Origin: Lysobacterales bacterium
GTDB taxonomy: Bacteria; Pseudomonadota; Gammaproteobacteria; Xanthomonadales; SZUA-5
NCBI GenBank assembly: GCA_022844165.1
Contig: JALHMH010000032.1
Location: forward strand, 1 to 27,674
Direction: 5' to 3'
DNA length: 27,674 bases
The notes under the pieces were generated by a model, which worked only from the letters and a program-made list of their open reading frames with translations, was not told the DNA's origin and made no database searches. The translations under genes and the position numbers were made by a program. Numbering within the stretch: the first letter of the stretch is position 1; every line of letters begins with the position of its first letter. Positions 23,743 through 27,674 of the stretch are shown here, one piece after another.

Positions 23743-25394
23743 ATCGGCAGTTTGCGGTCGTGTCGCTTCAATGTGGCCAGTACCTCGAAACCATGGGGCT
23801 GGAGGACGCGCAGGCTCAGCGCGCCACCCAGTCGCTCCAAACGTTGGCGCATGCTGCGAAAACCATAACCGTCGGGCTTGTCGCTGCTCGTTCCGCGGCC
23901 ATTGTCGCGCATGCTGACCTTGACCAGCACCGCATCGACCCTGGCCACCAGTGCCATTTGAGTTGCGCCAGAGTGGCGGACGAGGTTAGACGCCGCCTCC
24001 TGGAAAACACGATACAGTGCCTGCTCGTGGTCCAACGATTGAGGCACATACGCCGTGAAGTCGCTTTCGACCCGGATGTGCGGCGGCACCAGGACGCCCA
24101 ACAACTTCGGCAACGCGGCACCCAGCCCACCATCTTTGAGTCGGTCCAGGCCAACCGGCGCAATCGCGCGCCGCGATCGTGTGCTCTGATTCTGGCGCCC
24201 CGACGCCGATAGCTCATGCAACAGGGTACGCATTTCCGCCACAGCCAGTTGCGCAAGTTCAGCCACTCGCGCAGAAGCGCGCAGACCTTCCGCCTGGCCT
24301 TTTTGCCAGGCCGAAGGTAGCGCCTGAGCCAGCAGGCTGATACCCGACAATGCCTGCGTGACCGAATCGTGCAGCTCATACGCCAATCGCTGACGCTCTT
24401 CGAGGATGGCGTTGTTCTGCTGCTCGCTGACGAGACGGGCATTCTCGATGGCCAATGCCAAATGCCGGCCGATCGCTTCGAGCGTCAGTTGATCCAACTC
24501 ATCGAACGGGCCATCACCCTCGACATTCAGCACGCCTAACAACTGATCGCCCGCCAACAAGGGCACTGCCAGTTCGGCGCGACTCGGATCGGGAACGGGT
24601 GGTGCGATGTAGCGCGGGTCGCGCTTGACATCGTTGGCCAAAATGGTCGTCCGCGTGCGCGCTGCGGCGCCCATGATCCCTTGATCGAGGCGAATCCGAT
24701 CCTCGTGATGGATGCGCTTGTAACCGCCACCGCGTGCGACAATCACCAGGACGTTTGGGTCCTCCGCATCGATCAACGGAATGTCGACATTCGGATACTC
24801 CAGGACCTCGTGGATTGCATCCGCTGCCAGTTGCAACGTCATCATCAGTGGATTGCCGCCACGGTTGATGAGCTGACCGACGTTGACGACCAACTGCAAT
24901 CGCGCCAGACGGCGACGCTCGCGGGTCATTCGTGTCGCATTGCGGATCGCCAGCCCGGCGTGTCCGCAAGCGACTTGAAGAATATGGAGCACCTCCGGGG
25001 CAAGCGGTTCGGCGCTCTCGACGGCCGGCACGATGGCCAAAACGCCCAACTGCAACTCGCCTGCGATGATCGGTAAGGCCAGCACGAGCTTTCCAAACAG
25101 CCGGCAATGGCAGGGCAGCGATTGACCGCGCAGGCCAGCGAGAAGCTTCTCAGCACTCATGCTCGAATGCTCTGAATGGGCGGATTCGAACTGCAACACA
25201 TCCGACCACCCAGATGTCTGATCGCCACGACCAACACCGATGGTGACCTGGCGCGCATCAATAAGATCGGCCACGCATTTCGCGACGCAGCTCAACGTTT
25301 CGTGCAAGCCAAGTTCGTTCGCGAGGCTCGTTGCTAAACTCGCCAGCACAACGTCGGAGCGTCGGCGCGTGATATTCGATACTGAGGCTGGCAT
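23739..25394 (-). CDS. Soluble two-GAF sensor histidine kinase (HisKA_3)
   Basis: Two GAF-like regions, EERQRLAYELHDSVTQ H-box, QEAASNLVRHSGA N-box and DNGRG. No obvious TM helix. Overlaps the response-regulator start. Confidence 0.92.
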   Translation of the reverse strand: MPASVSNITRRRSDVVLASLATSLANELGLHETLSCVAKCVADLIDARQVTIGVGRGDQTSGWSDVLQFESAHSEHSSMSAEKLLAGLRGQSLPCHCRLFGKLVLALPIIAGELQLGVLAIVPAVESAEPLAPEVLHILQVACGHAGLAIRNATRMTRERRRLARLQLVVNVGQLINRGGNPLMMTLQLAADAIHEVLEYPNVDIPLIDAEDPNVLVIVARGGGYKRIHHEDRIRLDQGIMGAAARTRTTILANDVKRDPRYIAPPVPDPSRAELAVPLLAGDQLLGVLNVEGDGPFDELDQLTLEAIGRHLALAIENARLVSEQQNNAILEERQRLAYELHDSVTQALSGISLLAQALPSAWQKGQAEGLRASARVAELAQLAVAEMRTLLHELSASGRQNQSTRSRRAIAPVGLDRLKDGGLGAALPKLLGVLVPPHIRVESDFTAYVPQSLDHEQALYRVFQEAASNLVRHSGATQMALVARVDAVLVKVSMRDNGRGTSSDKPDGYGFRSMRQRLERLGGALSLRVLQPHGFEVLATLKRHDRKLPI

Positions 25395-25417
25395 TGGGCT
25401 CCCGTGTGCTGATCCGC

Positions 25418-25447
25418 TACCCGCCTGCCGATACCGGCAGGCGGGTA
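25418..25447. repeat. Perfect 13-bp GC-rich hairpin
   Basis: TACCCGCCTGCCG-atac-CGGCAGGCGGGTA between the CHRD-protein stop and the kinase start; no U-tract. Confidence 0.7.
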
Positions 25448-25467
25448 CGGCGATGCGCGTCTTTCAA

Positions 25468-27674
25468 TTATTCGAAGTTGTCGAAGAACATCGCGTCCGT
25501 GATCTGACCACGGATCTCGCCCTCGGGGAACTCCGCGGAGGCCACTTGCGCGTACCACAGGCCATCGATCAATTGTTGCGCCTGTGCCGGGGTGATGGCA
25601 AACGGTCCAGCCACGATCTGGTCGGTGGCCTGCCCCGATACCGGCAGCGTAATCGTTGCGATTCGGGCGCCAGCAACGCCACGTTGCGCGGGCCCAAAAA
25701 TCCCCACGTCTACACTTGCGCCCGGCACGCCTTCTCCCGTCAGGCCAGCGTAGATCAACGTGATGAATACCTGATCCCGCGCGCCATCCAATCGGACCGT
25801 GACATAACCGCCAGCCAGTGTTTCAGCGCGCGGCACCACTTGACGCCCGGACATTGGTCCGTCGAATACACGGTCCAACCGAATCTGCCCGCGAATTTCG
25901 CCCGCCGGATGATTCTGCGAATGGATGTTGAAGTACCAAAGGCCCGCTTTCAGATCGCTGACCTGCTGCGGCGTCACGGCAAACACGAATGGACCTAACT
26001 GCGCCGCTGTGCCGCCCAATCCGGTCAGGTTGAATATCGGTGGCGCATTGCTGCCCGCGGGCGCCGGTCCGTGGATATGCCCAACGGTACTTGGACTGCC
26101 AAGACCGGTGAAATTCAACTGCACGGTAATTTCAGTTTCGTCCGCATTGAGCTGCACCGTTCCGCGGCCAGAGGCGCTCGTTACAACCGGAGGAACTTCC
26201 TGCGCACCATCGAGACGAGCGCTGAAACTGCCGCCGCTGCGCGTGCTCTCCGTGAACTCGAAATTGCTGTGCGCAATCGCGCCAAAGCCAGGCGTCAAGA
26301 TGGGCGAATTGGGTGTTGCTGCCGACGTGCCGCTCACGCGCAGTCGGTCGCCCAGTGGTGTGGATTGTGGGCCACCATCCAGTTGCTGCTGTACACTCGT
26401 CAGCGGCTGTGTCTCGACCAGGTCGTCGCCGCCCGTCGCATTGAGTTGCAGCCGCTCGATTCCCGCGCTCTCGAGCATGAATACCGTCGGCTGCAAACGC
26501 ACGAACATGAAACGCGCACCGATCTCGCTGATCCGGAAGTGTTCGCTGGCGCCTGCTGCATTGACTAACAGCGTGTCGTTACCCAACCCACCCTCGTTGA
26601 AGTCGTCGCCATCACCCGGATTCCAGATCAGCTGATCGTCGCCTGGGCCGCCGTCCATACGCTCAATGGTGCCGACAGGATTGCTGCCGGCACGCAACGA
26701 ATCGTTGCCTTGACCACCATTCAACACATCAAGACCAAACGAACCAATGAGGGTGTCGTTGCCCTCGTCACCGTTCAGTTCCAGTGCAATCAGACCCGCA
26801 GGCAGGCTGACCGCGGAAATATTGTCGTCGCCGCCCAGACCATTGACCTCCAGGGTCTCAACCGTGGTCAGGTCGATACCAAATGGGACCAGATTGCTAC
26901 GATCGAAGCGCACGGCCACGGGCGCCGTGCCCGCCGCGATCGTGAAGATATCGCCCGCGCCGGCGCCGTTGACAATCTGCCGATCATTGCCATCGCCGCC
27001 CAGCACCACATCGGTGTTGTCGCCGTTGTTCCAGACATTGACGTCATCGCCCGTGCCAAGATCGATGGTGTCGTTGCCGGGGTTCGCATCGACAGAGTCG
27101 TTTCCGATACCGCCGGTGATGACATCAATGCCGGAGGAGCCGACGATGGTGTCGTCGCCATCGCCACCGTTGAGTTCCAAGGTGATCAAACCCGTGCGCA
27201 GCGTGTTGGCATCGACGCTGTCGTTACCGCCATTGGCATTCAGGCGCAGCAGCTCGGTTTCGGTGATATCGACAAAAAACGGCGCGGGATTGCCGTTCAA
27301 CGTGGTGCGCTCGAAACGCACGGTGCCGGAACTTACCGGTTGTTCGCGAATGAAGAACACTTCGCCGCCACCGCCGCCGACGATCAGCGCCGTGTCGTTG
27401 CCGGTGCCGCCGATGTTGATGTCATCGTCCTTGCCCGGATTCCAGATCATCACGTCGTCACCGTCACCACCCATCACGGTATCGACTGTGCCGACCGGAT
27501 TGTCGTGGCCATCGAGTGTGTCGTTACCGATGCCGCCATCGATGAAATCCGCGCCCTGGCTGCCGACGATCGTATCGTCGCCATCGCCACCGTTGAGTTC
27601 CAAGGTGATCAAACCCGTGCGCAGCGTGTTGGCATCGACGCTGTCGTTACCGCCATTGGCATTCAGGCGCAGCA
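25468..27674 (-). CDS. Large RTX-type Ca-binding repeat protein with two C-terminal CHRD domains and a DAMFFDNFE tail, 5'-partial
   Basis: GGxGxDx(I/L) nonapeptides; CHRD motifs LDGAQEVPPV..HIHGPA..GLWYFNIHSQNHPAGEIRGQI plus a second GEIRGQI. The frame stays open to the window edge. Confidence 0.92.
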   Translation of the reverse strand, partial: LRLNANGGNDSVDANTLRTGLITLELNGGDGDDTIVGSQGADFIDGGIGNDTLDGHDNPVGTVDTVMGGDGDDVMIWNPGKDDDINIGGTGNDTALIVGGGGGEVFFIREQPVSSGTVRFERTTLNGNPAPFFVDITETELLRLNANGGNDSVDANTLRTGLITLELNGGDGDDTIVGSSGIDVITGGIGNDSVDANPGNDTIDLGTGDDVNVWNNGDNTDVVLGGDGNDRQIVNGAGAGDIFTIAAGTAPVAVRFDRSNLVPFGIDLTTVETLEVNGLGGDDNISAVSLPAGLIALELNGDEGNDTLIGSFGLDVLNGGQGNDSLRAGSNPVGTIERMDGGPGDDQLIWNPGDGDDFNEGGLGNDTLLVNAAGASEHFRISEIGARFMFVRLQPTVFMLESAGIERLQLNATGGDDLVETQPLTSVQQQLDGGPQSTPLGDRLRVSGTSAATPNSPILTPGFGAIAHSNFEFTESTRSGGSFSARLDGAQEVPPVVTSASGRGTVQLNADETEITVQLNFTGLGSPSTVGHIHGPAPAGSNAPPIFNLTGLGGTAAQLGPFVFAVTPQQVSDLKAGLWYFNIHSQNHPAGEIRGQIRLDRVFDGPMSGRQVVPRAETLAGGYVTVRLDGARDQVFITLIYAGLTGEGVPGASVDVGIFGPAQRGVAGARIATITLPVSGQATDQIVAGPFAITPAQAQQLIDGLWYAQVASAEFPEGEIRGQITDAMFFDNFE
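27152..27674. repeat. Identical 100-bp intragenic direct repeat, period 423 bp
   Basis: 27152-27251 equals 27575-27674; the second copy is cut by the window edge. Confidence 0.9.

Noticed and set aside
25418-25447. Rho-independent terminator
   Set aside because: No U-tract on either strand; kept only as a hairpin.
1-27674. CRISPR array, tRNA or rRNA
   Set aside because: No regularly spaced repeat-spacer units or RNA gene signatures seen; the periodicity present comes from protein repeats.

Overview
High-GC bacterial chromosomal window; gene content and the GFE-tailed secreted proteins suggest Xanthomonadales/Lysobacterales (inference). Bases 1-3500 are a stack of mobile DNA: a 5'-partial Y1/RAYT-type transposase, a 5'-truncated IS110 whose end abuts an attC core, two integron cassettes on the minus strand with no integrase in view, a CTAG-flanked ~235 bp MITE and a group II intron 5' fragment. 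Bases 3498-11794 hold the best candidate new system: two divergent secreted beta-propeller proteins (LVIVD-repeat and delta-60-repeat), both ending in a D/T-x-[IV]F-xx-GFE tail. Between them is a symmetric bidirectional promoter candidate (GTGATGGG-N17-CGTAT on both strands), and the plus-strand gene is translationally coupled to an ECF sigma factor and a membrane Ser/Thr kinase with TPRs. The rest is mostly housekeeping: uup, a cytidylyltransferase, radA, a Crp/DUF2892 module bracketed by two small repeats, DUF4920, an MBL hydrolase, a Phd/PIN toxin-antitoxin pair coupled to aceK-bioC, and a GAF kinase/NarL pair. The window ends in a third tailed protein (RTX repeats plus two CHRD domains) that runs off the edge. 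Family assignments are from recognised motifs only; no searches were run.
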